Positions 1-13,700 of a DNA stretch of 64,000 nt are shown here, piece after piece. A program made the position numbers and the translations under genes. The DNA lies in NCBI GenBank assembly GCA_009914755.4, contig CP068257.2, positions 36,896,001 through 36,960,000 on the forward strand, written 5' to 3'. Under the pieces are notes generated by a model, which ran no database searches, had not been told where the DNA came from, and worked only from the letters and a program-made list of their open reading frames with translations. This DNA comes from the human T2T-CHM13v2.0 reference genome, Homo sapiens. Each line of letters begins with the position of its first letter. Within the stretch, counting starts at the first letter, position 1.

Positions 1-617
1 TAAAGAAAATAAAAATAAATAAACCACCACACAATATTTGGGCCTAGCCAGATAACAACAATGAAAAAATGTAATATTTTGAAGTATTGGCAAGAATGTG
101 GAGGAAAAAGCATTGACATTCGTGTATAATGGGAATAAAATAATTTATCCTTTGTCTCCGCAATTGATATTCTAGAAATCTATTTTTTAGAAATACTCAC
201 AATAGACAGTTATAAGTACAAAGGATGTCTGCTATTACACTGCTCAGTAACAGTAAAATATGAAAATACACTGTACGTCTTTCAATCAGATATTGAATAA
301 TTATACTACACAGTATTAAGAATGAGATAGATATTAATGTACTGCATAGAAAATATTCAAAGTATAATAAGTTTTAGAAAATTATCACATATGTATATTA
401 GCATATGCAGAGAAAACATCTTAAAATACAAATTTCAGTTTTGAGGTTTGGATCATGGAGTAACTGCCCCCTTTTCAAGTCAAACAGTTGAGAAAATTTA
501 GGATAAAACAAGTGTGTGCTACCTTTGTAATCAGATAAAGTATTTTAAAATAATTCACATTATAATATAGAAATACTGAAATGCCAAGAAAATTTAAATA
601 TATTAATTAAAACCTAC

Positions 618-936
<319 letters not shown>

Positions 937-1439
937 TTATAGAATACATAAATATATTAATATAGCTACAAAGAGGTTGAAGCTTATTCATTGAGACAAG
1001 AGTATTTATTGAGCATCGACTTTATTAAATACACTGTTAGTAAGATAACAAGTGAAACTTGTTAAAAAAAAAGAAACTAGGACAAAAGAAATTTGAGTTG
1101 AGTTCCCCAAAAACAGGGAATATTCAGATTGTAGGGGAAATTGGGTAAAGGATTTGTTTCAGCATGAAAGGAGCAAGGAGCAAAGAAACTAAATGGGAGG
1201 TTATGCTGAGAAGTATATCAGTATGAGGAAATATCTTGACATCTACAGACAAATATTTGTTGCCAATTCATTTTGGGCATTGAGGATTCACAAGAATAAT
1301 TAAAAACACGTAATATAAAATCCTTCTGATTAGAGCACATTTTATGGCACTGCATAAAGAGATGGCTGTGGGAGTCATTTATATTTTAATACTAACTTGA
1401 ACAAGGCTTGGTTCTGCAAATAAAACAGAAGAGTAAATA

Positions 1440-3057
1440 TGAAGTGGAGCACATAATAATGTTACTGTTTCTGTGGGTGAGCTTCCATAGGAAAGAGGCA
1501 AAGGCATCAATCTCAAAAAGTTAGAAAAACCCAAAGAAAGAAGAAGAAAAATAACAAATGAGAACAAAATTGAGAAAATTGTAAATAATATGGTAGAGAA
1601 GATAAACAAAACCAAATCTGGTTCTCTGAAAAGATTAGTTATGTGTAAGTCACTGGTGATTACAGAGAGAAAAGAGGGAAGGTTAAAATAACCAAAGTCA
1701 ACAATAAAAAGGGGGCTATTACTACAGATGCTGTAGACATTGGAAGGATAATAGAATATTATGATCAATTTCCTATCAATAAATGTGAAAAATTAGTTGA
1801 AATACATAATTGGAAAATATAATTTACCAAAACTGTCAAAAGAAAAAACACAAAACCTGAACTCCTATAATTATTAAAGACATTGATTGAAAAATCTCAG
1901 ACCTCTTAAAGGACAACTCCAAAAATAAAAAAATAAAAAAAAGAAAGAAAGTTCCAGGCCAGACGGATTTATCAGCAAATTCTAACATGCATTTAAAAAA
2001 AAAAGGATGCCACTCTTACATAAGCTTTTCAGATAAAAGAAAAGAAAGCTTGATACCAAAATGTAGCTAGAAAATTATTTAAAAAGGAAAATTATGGGTC
2101 AATTTCATACATAAACATAGATGCAAAATCCTAAATAAAATTCTAGAAAACAAAACCCAACAGTATATACGACAATAATATATATTGTGAACAAACTGGA
2201 TTTATTTTAAGAATGAAAGCTTGTTTCAATCAAATAATCAAATTTACATTGTAAAGAAAATTTATATAACTTTAAACAAAAGAAGAAAAGCACTTAATAA
2301 CATTCAACATTCATATTAAAAATTCTTAGTAAATTAGAAATAAAGAGGAAGTTTATAAATCCTACAAATTGATAAAAGGAATCTACCGAAACCTACAGTA
2401 AACCACACATTTTCATGTCAAAACTTTAAAATTTAATCATTTGAAGTTGGGGGAAAAGACAAAGAAGCCCCACATATTACCGCATTTGTCTGAAATTGAA
2501 TTGGCAGTCTTAGTTAGTAAAGAAGGCAAGGAAATGAAATGCAATGTTAAAGGATTGGGAAAAAGTAAATAAAACTTTATTTACAGATGACATCATTTTT
2601 TTACACAGAATTTCCAAGAGAATTTGGAAATAAGTCATTAGAATTAATAAATGAGTTTTAAAAGTTTGCTAGATACAAGGTCAATATAGAATTTTAGTTT
2701 TATATATCAGCATAAACATCAATAGAAATCAAAATTTTTAAGTGATACTGTTTTCATTAGCATTAAAAATACCTTACAATATGGACATAAATCTAACATA
2801 ATACGTGCAGAACCTCTACACCAAAAACTACAAAATATTATTAAAAGAAGACCAAAATAAATGGATAGATATATTCATGGATTGAAAAACTTAATAATCA
2901 AAGGTAGAATTTTCTTCAAATTGATCAATAGATTCAATGCAGATGCATTCAATATTTCAACAAAGTTTTTGTGAAACTTGAGTGATTCTAAAATATGTAT
3001 GGAAATGCAGAGTCAAAAACAGACAAGATGCTCTTAAAGAAGAGTGAGAAATACAAA
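1440..3057 (+). mobile_element. Old L1 (L1M-type) ORF2 fragment; 5' half of an element later split by insertion of a younger L1
   Basis: Sense-strand A-rich sequence is colinear with L1 ORF2. Examples: ...ttccaggccagacggatttatcagcaaattctaac (SPGPDGFTAEFYQ-like) and ...aaataaatggatagatatattcatggattgaaaaacttaataatcaaag ([18 protein letters not shown]). Many stops and frameshifts indicate an ancient copy. It ends abruptly at 3057, where a second L1 begins. Confidence 0.75.
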
Positions 3058-5992
3058 AGATTATCAGAGACTATTACAAACTGGAAAACCTAGAGGAAAT
3101 GGATACATTTCTGAACACATACAACCTGCCAAGATTGAATCAGAAAGAAACTGAAAACTTAAACAGACCAATAACAAGTAATAAGATTGGATAGGAAAAA
3201 AAATCTCCCAACAAAGAAAAGTCAAGGACCAGATGGTTTCACTACTAATTCTACCAAACTTAGAAAGAAGAACTAATACCAATCCTCACCAAGCCATTTC
3301 AAAAAATTAAAGAGGAGAGAATTCTTCCTAATTCATTCTATGAGGCCAACATTACCCTCATAACAAAATCAGACAAGAACACAACAAAAAAGAAAACTAC
3401 AGGCTGATATTCCTGATGAACATCACTTCAGTTCAGCATGGATACAGGCCAATATTTCTGGTGAATATAAGTTTTCTAGTATTTTGTTCAGCAAAAGCTA
3501 TCAACAAAATATTAGTAGCCTGAAACCAACAGCACATCAAAAAGATAATGCACCATGGTCAAGTGGGATGTATCCCAGAGATGCAAGGATGGTTCAACAT
3601 ACACAAATCAATAAATATGATACATCACATCAATAGATAAAAACAAAAACCATATGATCATATCAATAAATGCAGAAAAGGCATCTGATAAAACTTAACA
3701 TTGTTTCATAGTAAAAGCTCTCAACAAACTAGGTACAGAAGAAACATACCTCAATATATTAAAGTCCATACATGATTAACCCACAGCTAACATTATACTG
3801 AACGGGGAAAGGCGGAAAGTCTCTCCTCTAAGAACTGGAACAAGACAAGGATTCTCATTTTTATCACTTCTATTCAATATAGGACTGGAAGTCTTAGCCA
3901 GAGCAATCAGGCAAGAGAAAGCAATAAAGGTCATCCAAACTGGAAAAGAAGTCAAATTGTCCCTCTTTGGAGATGACATGATCTTACATCTAGAAAAACC
4001 TACAGACTCCACCAAAAAACTCTTAGGTTTAATTAAAAAATTCAGTAAAGTTGCAGGATACAAAAAAATCAGTAGCATTTATATACCCAATAATGCACTG
4101 GCTGAGAAAGAAATCAAGAAGAAAATCCCATTTACAATAGGTATAAGGAAAAAATATCTAGGAAAAAAATTAACCAAGGAAGCGAAAAATCTCTACAAAA
4201 AAACTACAAAACACTAATGAAAGAAATGGAAAAGGACACAAACAAATGAAAAGACACTGCATGGTCATGGATCAGAAGAACTAATATCATTAAAATGACC
4301 ACACCACCCAAATAAATCTACAGATTCAATGCAATCCCTGTTAAAATATTAACGTCATTTTTCACAAGAATAGAAAAAAACAATCCTAAAATTTATATGA
4401 AAGCAAAAAGGAGCCTGAATAGCTAAAGGAACCCTGAACAAAAACAACAAAACTGGGAGCATCACATAACCTGACTTCAAAATATATTACAAGGCTCTAG
4501 TAACCAAAAGAGCATGATACTAGTATAAAAACAGACGCATAGACCAATGGAACAGAATTGATAACCCAGAAATAAATCCACATATTCACAGCCAACCGAC
4601 TTTCAACAAAGGCATCAGTAACATACATTGGGAAAAAGACACCCTCTTCAATAAATGGTGCTGGAATAATTGGATATCCATATGCGAAAGAATAAAACTG
4701 GACCTCTATCTCTTGCCATATATAAAAATCAACTCAAGGTAGATGAAAGACTTAAACTTAAGACCCCAAATTATAAAACTATTAAAAGAAAATAGAGAAA
4801 ACATTTCAGGACATTGATCTAAGCAAAGATTTGATGGCTAAGACCTCAAAAGCACAGGCAAGAGAAAACAGACAAATGAGACTATATTAAACTAAAACAC
4901 TTCTGCACAGCAAAGGAAAGAAAACAACCAGCAGAGTGAAGAGACAACCTGTTGAATGGGATAAAATATTTGTAAACTGTTCATCTAGTAAGAGAAAATC
5001 CAGAATATACACAAAACTCAAACAACTCAACAATTAAAAAGAAAACTTTTACAAAGTGGGCAAAGAACGTCAATAGACATTTCTCAAAAGAAGACACAGG
5101 AATGGCCATCAAGCATATGAAAAAAAATACTCAATATCACTAATCATCAGGGAAATGCAAATCAAAACCACAATGAGATATCATCATACCTTAGTTAGAA
5201 TGGCAATTATTAAAAAGACAAAAAATAACAGATGCTGGCCAGAATGCAGAGAAAAGGGAACTCTTCTACACTGTGAGTGGGAATGTAAATTAGTACAGCC
5301 ACTATAGAAAACAGTAGAGATTTCTCAAAAAACTAAAAATAAGACTCAATATAATCCAGATATCTCACTACTGGGTATTTATCTAATGAAAAAGAAATCA
5401 GTATATCAAAAAGATACTTGCACCCACATGTTTACCGCAGCACTATTTACCATAGCAAAGACATGAAATCAACCTAAATGTCCATCCACAGATGAAATGG
5501 TAAACAAAATGTGGTACATATACACAATGGAATACTATTTGGCCATAAAAATAAGGAAATCATGTCACTTGCAGCAACATGGATGGAACCGGAGGTCATT
5601 ATGTCAAGTAAAATAAGCCAAGCACAAAGGACAAATACCACATGTTCTCACTCCTATGTGGGAGCTAAAAATGTTAATGTCATGGAGATAGAGAGTGGAA
5701 TGATGGTTACCAGAGGCTGAGCAGAGAGTGGGAGTGGAGAGGAAGAGAGTTTGGATAATGGGTACAAACATACAGTTAGATAGAAGGAATAAGTTCTGAT
5801 GTTGTATAGCAGAGTAGCTGACTATACTTAACAAAAATGTATTGTATAGTTCAAATCAGCTAGAAAAGAGGACTTGCAATGTTCCTGACACATAGAAATG
5901 AGAAATACCCAAGGTGACAGACACCCCAAAACCCTGACTTGATCATTACACATTCTATGCATGTAACAAACTATCACATGTACCCCATAACT
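3058..5992 (+). mobile_element. L1 LINE (L1PB/L1MA-like), 5'-truncated: ORF2 from ~codon 300 through RT domain and 3'UTR; nested inside the older L1
   Basis: Begins ...agagactattacaaactggaaaacctagaggaaatggatacatttctgaacacatacaacctgccaagattgaatc ([23 protein letters not shown]). It continues through ggatggttcaacatacacaaatcaataaatatgatacatcacatcaatag, ...gtcaaattgtccctctttggagatgacatgatcttacatctagaaaaacc (ORF track 3957-4217+ shows [22 protein letters not shown]...SKVAGYK), and ...atacacaatggaatactatttggccataaaaataaggaaatcatgtcacttgcagcaacatggatggaaccggaggtcattatg. The 3'UTR ends ...ggtgacagacaccccaaaaccctgacttgatcattacacattctatgcatgtaacaaactatcacatgtaccccataac. Confidence 0.85.
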
Positions 5993-5993
5993 A

Positions 5994-6005
5994 TGTGTGT
6001 GTGTG

Positions 6006-6056
<51 letters not shown>
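5994..6056. repeat. Compound microsatellite: (TG)6-7 followed by perfect (ATCT)12 / (TATC)n
   Basis: tgtgtgtgtgtgt is followed by 12 uninterrupted atct units (6007-6054), then atttat. The repeat sits at the 3' tail of the nested L1. Confidence 0.95.
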
Positions 6057-6102
6057 TTATAGTATCCATTTTTAAAAGGCAAATCTTAAAAAAAAGAGTG
6101 AG

Positions 6103-7745
6103 GTAGGACAACCTGCTCTACTAAACATTTTTATAAAGGCACAGCAATTAGGTCAGAATAGTGTTCATGCAGGTAGAAACAAATCAGACAATGGAAAAGA
6201 AAGGAAAGTTCAGAAACAGATTCACACATATATGGACACACTTGATTTTTGACGAAGGTGGCAGTTGATTTTTTTTTACAAAGGGGCAGAGTAGTTAAAA
6301 AAGGGAGAAACTGTTGGTAAATGATGCTGGAAAATGAGAAATCCACATGAGAAACAGAAACTTGAGAAGTAACTCATAACATCACAAAAATTGATGTCAG
6401 ATAAACTATAAATCTAAATATGACAAGCAAAAACTATGAAGTTTCTGGAACATAATATAGAAAACTATATTCCTGACTTGGGAAGGGAAAGATTTTAAAA
6501 ACAAGGCACAGAAACACTAAGAGTAAAGGAAAGACTAATAAATTGAACTGCATTAAAATAAGAAAAAAATTAGGAACTTAAATTTTCATCAAAAGACACT
6601 ATTAAGAGAATCAAAAGGCAATGCATGGAGTGGAAGATGATATCTTTAACACATCTAATCTACTATTCATATCCAGAATATGTAAAGAACCCCCATCAAT
6701 CAATAAGAATACACACAAGTCAGAATACACACAAGGAAAAACAGGGAAGAAACTGCACAGGCAGTCATAAAAGAGGATATCCAACTGCTCATTAAAAGGT
6801 CTTCTACTTCATTAGTAAAGCAGGAAGTACAAATTAAAACCTGAATGAAATAACACCACAGATACATCAGAATGTCTAAAACAAAGACTAACAATGTTGG
6901 TGAAGATGTGGAGCAATAAGAACTCTCACACACAGCTGGAGTTTAGAAAACATCCTTATTTATCCATCAGGGCTGTAATAAGAGGCATATAGCATATTCA
7001 AATAGGTAAGTGAACAAAATTTAATGAAAGAATTTACAACGGTAAAGGTAGAATTTAGTAAAAACCAAAGGGTGAGGAAGTCCCCCAGGCTAGCAAGAAC
7101 AGGAAGCCATTACTACCCTCAGGCCTACAAGGGCAAGGGAGGTAGCAGTCACGCAGCACCGGTAGCTGTGAACACAGGAGAGGATAAACAATAGGAGCTG
7201 TGGCCTTCCATGGAGGGAAAAAGTCACTGCCAACCCATGACCAAAGAGAGAAAGCTGGAGAAAAAAACTCCCCAAGCTCTCTCCTCCTACTCTCAGGCTT
7301 CCTTGTGGTGACTCTCATTTGCTTAACCCAACAGAAGATAGAGGACAAAGGAGCCCATTTGATGTAGTCGACAGAAGTCAAACTCCCAGGACAAGAGGAG
7401 CAGAGAAGGATGAAGAATGAATTAGAGAAGTAAACAAAGAAAGTCGGCACATCTACTGTCATCAAAGACTGTGTAATTCCACTATTTAATACATGTACAA
7501 TAGAGATGTGTGTATATGTGCACCAGAAGTCACCTACAAGAATGTCCACTGCAGTATTATTCTCTCAGTTAAATGCTATATCTGGCTGCACAACTAGATT
7601 AGGACTGAGACCCTAACCACACATGTAGAAGCAGGGAGAAAGATGCAGTTGAGAAGCCCTTTGCCATCTGATATGCTTCCAAACAAGGGAAACTCAGCTT
7701 GGACACTGAAAGCATTTTGTATAAAATACTGTTTGTATGATATCC
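6103..7745 (+). mobile_element. Old L1 (L1M-type) 3' portion (ORF2 C-terminal third + 3'UTR); continuation of the element at 1440-3057
   Basis: Resumes L1 ORF2 at exactly the point where 1440-3057 stopped: ...cacatatatggacacacttgatttttgacgaaggtggcag (PHIYGQLIFDKGAK-like) and ...gtctaaaacaaagactaacaatgttggtgaagatgtggagcaataagaactctcacacac (KCWRGCGE.GTL). The degenerate 3'UTR runs to the A-run at ~7800. Confidence 0.75.
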
Positions 7746-7754
7746 CCATGTCAC

Positions 7755-7797
7755 CACACACACACACATACAGACACACACACATACACACACACAT
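7755..7797. repeat. Imperfect (CA)n dinucleotide microsatellite
   Basis: caccacacacacacacatacagacacacacacatacacacacacat; the 7599-7862 ORFs are poly-Cys/Val translations of it. Confidence 0.85.
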
Positions 7798-10700
7798 AAC
7801 AAAAACAAAAAAAAACTTCCAGGGTTACTTTTCTCCTCAGTTAGCAGGTCAAAACTTTTCACGTGTGAAATACTTTTGCAAGGAGGCAGATGAAACGGGG
7901 GAGAAGGGATAACCTTGCCTTGCAGTCATCTATCAATTCACTGCAAGGAAGGAACAGAGAGCTTAGATATGAAGCATCAGGAGTTCTTCCCAAGACCCTT
8001 CTTGTCCCTTGGGAAGAGCCAGGAGCTGGAGGGGATGGCCTTCACTGAGAAGTGGCATCAAATTAGAACCTGCACAACAAATAGGAACCAGCTACTTAAA
8101 GATCCAGAGAAGTAGCCCTCTAGACTGAAGGATCAGCTCCTCAAATATCCTTTTTGATTTTGAACTCACAAGTTCAGGGGCATCCGAGGAACAGACACAA
8201 GCCAGGGCTGAACAATCTCATCTGTGTCCATGAGGTGGGCAAGAGCCAGATCCTACTGAGGAGTTTGAACTTAATCCCAAACATGGCGGGAAGCCATTGG
8301 GGCCAAAGATGAATTAGGGATTGTCTGATCTCCTTGACACGTTCTGAAGGTTTTGTGTACAGAAAAGGTTTGTCAACATGCACAAAGGAAAGCTGGGATA
8401 ACCAAGCTAAGACGCTACCGCATCATTCTAGGGGACGGGTGACTCATTCCAGGAGTTTCTGCAGGAAGACCTATCAGGACTGGTGATTGACTGGAGGCAG
8501 AGAGCACGAAAAAAGAACAATCAGAGATGATCTGTGGTTTGTGGTTGTTGTGTAATGTTAAGGCTTAACAACTGCGAAAATAGTGTTTTTACTTTACAGA
8601 GAAGAAGACTTGAAGAATACAAGATTGGGGAGAGCAGATCGGGATTTGTACTTTATATCAGACGTGCTCATAGATATACATGTTGAGATATCAGTTGGGA
8701 GCTGGATATATCAGGATTCGAGACTGGGAATCACCAGTTTATAGATGGTTTTTAAGCCATGTGATTGGATCTCATTTCTTAGTGGGGAGAAGTGAGATAA
8801 CAAATAAAAGCCAAGATTAAAGCTGAACCTTCAGCCTGCCCATCACTTAGAAGCCCAGCAGGGACAGAAGAGCCAGCCGACAGCACAGAGTCGAGGAGGA
8901 GGATTTCCGGGCTTCAGTGAGTGTGCATCAGAGATTCATGGACACAACTTAAAGTAAGACCAGCCACACAGTTCCCTTCATTTTCTCAAGCAACATTCAG
9001 CATCTCAAAGTGCGGCTACTACACACGGAGCCAAGCCCTGGTCCAGTTATCACAAAACCTTACTAGATATGTCGATTATTAGCTGCATTTTATAGCTAAA
9101 GGTAGGCAGGCACAGAGAAGTTACGTCTCTTGCCCACAGTCACAGCAAGCAAACAGACCTCAGACCAAAGTCTTTCTAACTCCTTATTTCACATCTAAAA
9201 CACTATGTGACGCCACCTCCAAAAAATGTGGGGGTTACTCTAGGACAAAAGAAGCTCATGAAAGCAAAGAGAGAAGCATAGAGCTTAAATTTAGAACAAT
9301 ATTCAGGGTGATTGGGAAAAATAGCCTCCATACAAATATAATCGGTTCATCACCAGGTGAATAAAATGAGAGAGGAACCTGGTACAAGTGAAGTTCATTG
9401 AATTTGCTTGCAAAAAAACATAATTCAAGTGTGGAAGTTTGGAAACTAAAATAGTAATCAGCTAAAGAAATTTTCAGGCCAACTTAGACACAATGGTGAC
9501 AAAGCTCCCCTGAGGAGACAGGAACTATACTACTTGCAACTCTAACTGAATGGACTTAACTTAGCAATTAAGATCACCGTAAGTTTGATCAGATAAGTAT
9601 TAAAGGGTGTCTTGGGTACATTTGCAGATTCAGACACTCTTAGTTGTGAAATTCTTCACCAAAAATTTGCAACTTATGGCTTGCACATTAAAAACATGAT
9701 ATGAATGAAATTCAGATATCTCTTGGTAAATTTTATAATTATTCCTCCCATCAGCTAAAGTTCTCAGTATGAAGGGTTATAACTGATGTCATATACAATA
9801 ACTACAAGCTGTATCATACAAAAATTGAGAATTTTCTATTATAGAAAGAGTTGCTTTAATCTAAACCTAAAGTAGCATCAATAATTTTTCGTAAGTGGTC
9901 CCCTTCCTATGAGTAAGCCCCCAGGAAAAATAAATTGCTTTTAAGAAATGCTGTAAGTAAGCTGTTTCATATATAAGTTTTGACAAGATCTGGCTACTTA
10001 AATTACAAGATATAAAATGAGATTTGTACTTTTTCTCAAATGTAAAAAAAAAAGATTTACTTCTGAAATAATGGTCTTTATAAAATATGCATTTTTGTTC
10101 CTTTTTCTTATCATATCTATAAATTTACTAATAAAAGATTCTATCTTGATTTACTAACATTTGAAAAGATTGATTATATTGGTATTGCAAGAAGAGGATA
10201 CCATAAATTAAAAATCCATATATTAACCATATTCTTTTATTTGCAATATGACAAATGATTGTGTAAAGTTATAATCAATAAAAGCTATTTGAAAGTCATA
10301 AAATGGATATTGCCATAACTGCTTTCCTAGCAAGGTTAAAACACTTTAACTATTTTTAATCAACTTACAGTGTAGTAGATCAAGCATATCTAAATATTTT
10401 ATTTTAATCAAGCAAATATATTTCTGCTGTTCCTATGACAGTATGAAAGTTTGGTTCAAAATATTTCCAAGGTATTTAACACAGTTCAGTAGAGGTCCTG
10501 TCTCATAAATCAATTTCAGATTAGATAAAAGGAAAAAGCAAATTCTTGTTTACTTCAGAATTTTTCAAGCCAGTTCCAAAGACAGAGTTGTTACTCTCAT
10601 GTGAATTTTCAGTAGAAAGCTGAACAACGACGTTGCTCTGACAATCTTTTTAAATACCATATGATGGAGACAGAATAACAAAAACAAAGTAGGTATAAGC

Positions 10701-13700
10701 TGTACGAAATTATTTCTCTTGGACATAAAATATGTTTGGGGAAGAAATGCATTGTTCCATATGGACTAGGGTAGTTACTTCTCAAAGTGGGAGCAACTCA
10801 GACTCTGAAAAATGGTTTCTCAAAGGAGGCATTGTGTCTGGGTGAGGCCAGTTTTCTAGTCAAAATCATTTTATTAAATGCCATTGGATTGAATGCTTCC
10901 AGGTTTGCTCTCTGAAATATGCCCTATCATTCTTAAAAAACACACTTAGGTAGCAAAAAGGGCACACTAAAAATAACGTGGGTTAATGTTTCTATCCTGC
11001 CTGTGTTTTCTAAGTAGCCCCTGCCTGAGCTTTCGACTTTTTTAAATGAACCATCAAATAGTTGGTTGTCTATCACAAATAAGCCATCTATTTTGTTATT
11101 CCTGTAACTTTTCGTAGAATCCAGAAAGTAACATTCTTGCTGATATATCTTATATAACACCAAGTCCATTTTCCAAATGAGGATTCCAATGAGTATTCAT
11201 CACCAACATCTCCCCGAAAAATATTTAGAAAAAACAGACTCAATCCTTTATCCAAAGTCAGTGAGTAAGAGGCGGGGGCCAGGGTTGGACAAAAATCTCT
11301 TTGGCCAGGAAGCCGGTGGTCACCCTGATCTACTTCTCTAAGCTCCCACCCCTGATGAATGTTCAATATCTGAGTTTCACCCCACTCATTATTGTAATTC
11401 TCCGTAAAACCCCAGTTACCCACACGGAATTCTCATCTACATCTAGCCCAATTTGCTACTGGATTTCAATGTTATTTCATATGAAAACAATCACTAACAG
11501 AAAGAACCTGGATCTGGTTTCGAAAACATAATTTGAAAGGAATTCATTCTGAAGGCTGCAAAAGCCCAGTGATGGCCCATCAGTACCCTGAATGGGCTTC
11601 TCAGGTGCCTCCACTCTCCTCCGTATGTCTCCATCCATCTCAGAATACATGTCTGGCTCTTCCTGCTCATAAACAGAAACAGAGAGTTCCGGGATCCAAA
11701 GGCAAGACTGCGATTTAAGAGACACTTTGTTTTTGTAGGTGTTCAAGGATTTGGAATCAAAGCAGCAGAATTATTAAAATTAATCCAATTTTCTTGCATT
11801 TATTTTGTTAGTTCATACCTCTAAAAGATATATTTTGGAAGGCACCCTTCAACCCACCCATTTACAAATCAAAGCTTTCTTTGGAATCCCTGAGACCAAA
11901 CCCAAGCTAGACAGTGACACACTGCCAGCTCCAGAGCCCTGCCCACCTGGAAGGGGTATGGAATGCACTATTTGACTTGAGCTCACATTTAATTACAGTG
12001 TCAAAAATCAAACTTAAATTGCTTTAATCAGCTTCCAACACTATGAGCCTTTCTGGCTTGAATTTCTATAAACAAAGAATAAATTCAAATCTGTCACAAA
12101 GTGGCAGCAACTTGTTGACCACTGGACTAGGAATCGTTATGCAACCATGGCTCACTGTGGAAAAAGTCAACATCTTCCTATATGTGACTCTTTTCTGATC
12201 TTTTCGGACTATTAGTCAACAGAATCATCATAAAGCTAAATTATCTATCTGCACTGAAATTACTCAGCCTCAGACATCCAAACCAGTAGCTGTTCACCAA
12301 TGAAACCTGAATAAAGCTGTTGCTGACTTTCCCTGCTTCAATTTAGAGTATTTTTGGAAACATCATTGCATGTTTAAAATATAATAAGCAAAAGGACCTT
12401 TGGTAATTAAACATTCTGTAATTTAAAACTCCAAAAGACAGGAGCAGTGATAAGATATTAGATTTTCTTTACTGGGGTGAAAAAGACAGAAAGTGGTTAA
12501 CTGTTTAAAAAAAGAAAGAAAGAAAGAAATCCAAGGATTTTTAGAGCCAGAAACAGTAACAGTGTCCTTTATTCTGGAAATGTTTAAAAGCCTGTAAGCA
12601 GAGATCACCCAGTTCATCCTGAGCATTGGTGAGCAAATAACTTCTGAAATGCTCTTGAAAGAGAATTCTCCAGCCTTCTCTGTTTGAAATACTTCCTAAA
12701 GCAAACACAAAAGTGGGCAAAACACAAGAGCTCATGTTAATTCCAAACAAAGAGACCAACAGTCGCAAATTGAGAGTCCATCTTAGAAGCGGGTGCTGCT
12801 TCCACATCAAGCAACTATTGGAAAGAGTAGGGGTAGATGCAGAATTAAGATCATTTGTGACTACAGAAAGAGACAAGAAAATTAATTTTTAAAACTAAAA
12901 GAGAAATTTATTTCAGATAATCCAAGGAAATGAGCAGAGTCAACCTAACAGGATTCTCAAGCCCCTCCCTACTGGTGTGGTGTGAAGATCACACGTGGTG
13001 TAGCTGACACCCCTCACATCTTCCCCGCGCCCCTCCTGCCACCTCTTTTTGGCATTCACCCTCTCTCGGGTTCTGTATCCCTGCCCATGTTCTCCATGAA
13101 AGGCCATGTTAATGCCCATGCTCTTTCCTGCCTCTAACAGACGATGCCTTCCACAGTCACTCAAGCTTTAACCCTCTTCTGGATTCGGACCTGTACATCC
13201 AAAAGCCTGCCAGACATCTCTTCCAGATGCTCTCAGAGCACATGACCAGAAGCACGCGCAAAGCTCTCCTGAGCCTCAGTGCTTTCCCTCCAACACTTCT
13301 TCCACTCTCTCAGTTACCGAGCCAAGACACAGAGTTGCTTGTGAGTCATTTCTCTACCTCATCCCCCACCCAACCTTCCTGCGAGATCCTGCTCACGTTA
13401 CCTCCTAAATGCTGTTACGTGACTTCAACCACGTCAGCTTTTTATGGGGGAGGAGAGGCACCTGCATATCTGTGGGAGCACCAACCTCTAGACATCTCCT
13501 GCCAAGTTACTGCAATGTGCAGAAAAGAGGAAGAAAGCAAGCCCAAGTCGCAAAGTCTTTGCCAGTCCTTCTACCAACCACACCTTCGGTGGAGATGTGG
13601 GTCTGTGGAAATGCAGAGACGGACTGAAAGCCAAATGGGCCAATGAGAGCTCTGAACAAAACATTAAGCTTGTTTTTCTTTAAGGCAATACGATTAACAG

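Noticed and set aside
7055-7549. Longest ORF in the track (164 aa, minus strand)
   Set aside because: It lies entirely inside the old L1M 3' region (6103-7745) on the antisense strand. The peptide is low-complexity (Cys/Ser/Leu-rich), has no recognisable domain and shows no initiation or splice context. It is a chance ORF in repeat DNA.
13227-13646. 139-aa plus-strand ORF in a relatively GC-rich patch
   Set aside because: The Ser/Pro/Leu-rich translation is typical of translating a C/T-rich old LTR-like remnant. The overlapping ORF 13409-13627 is in another frame, and there is no start or splice context.
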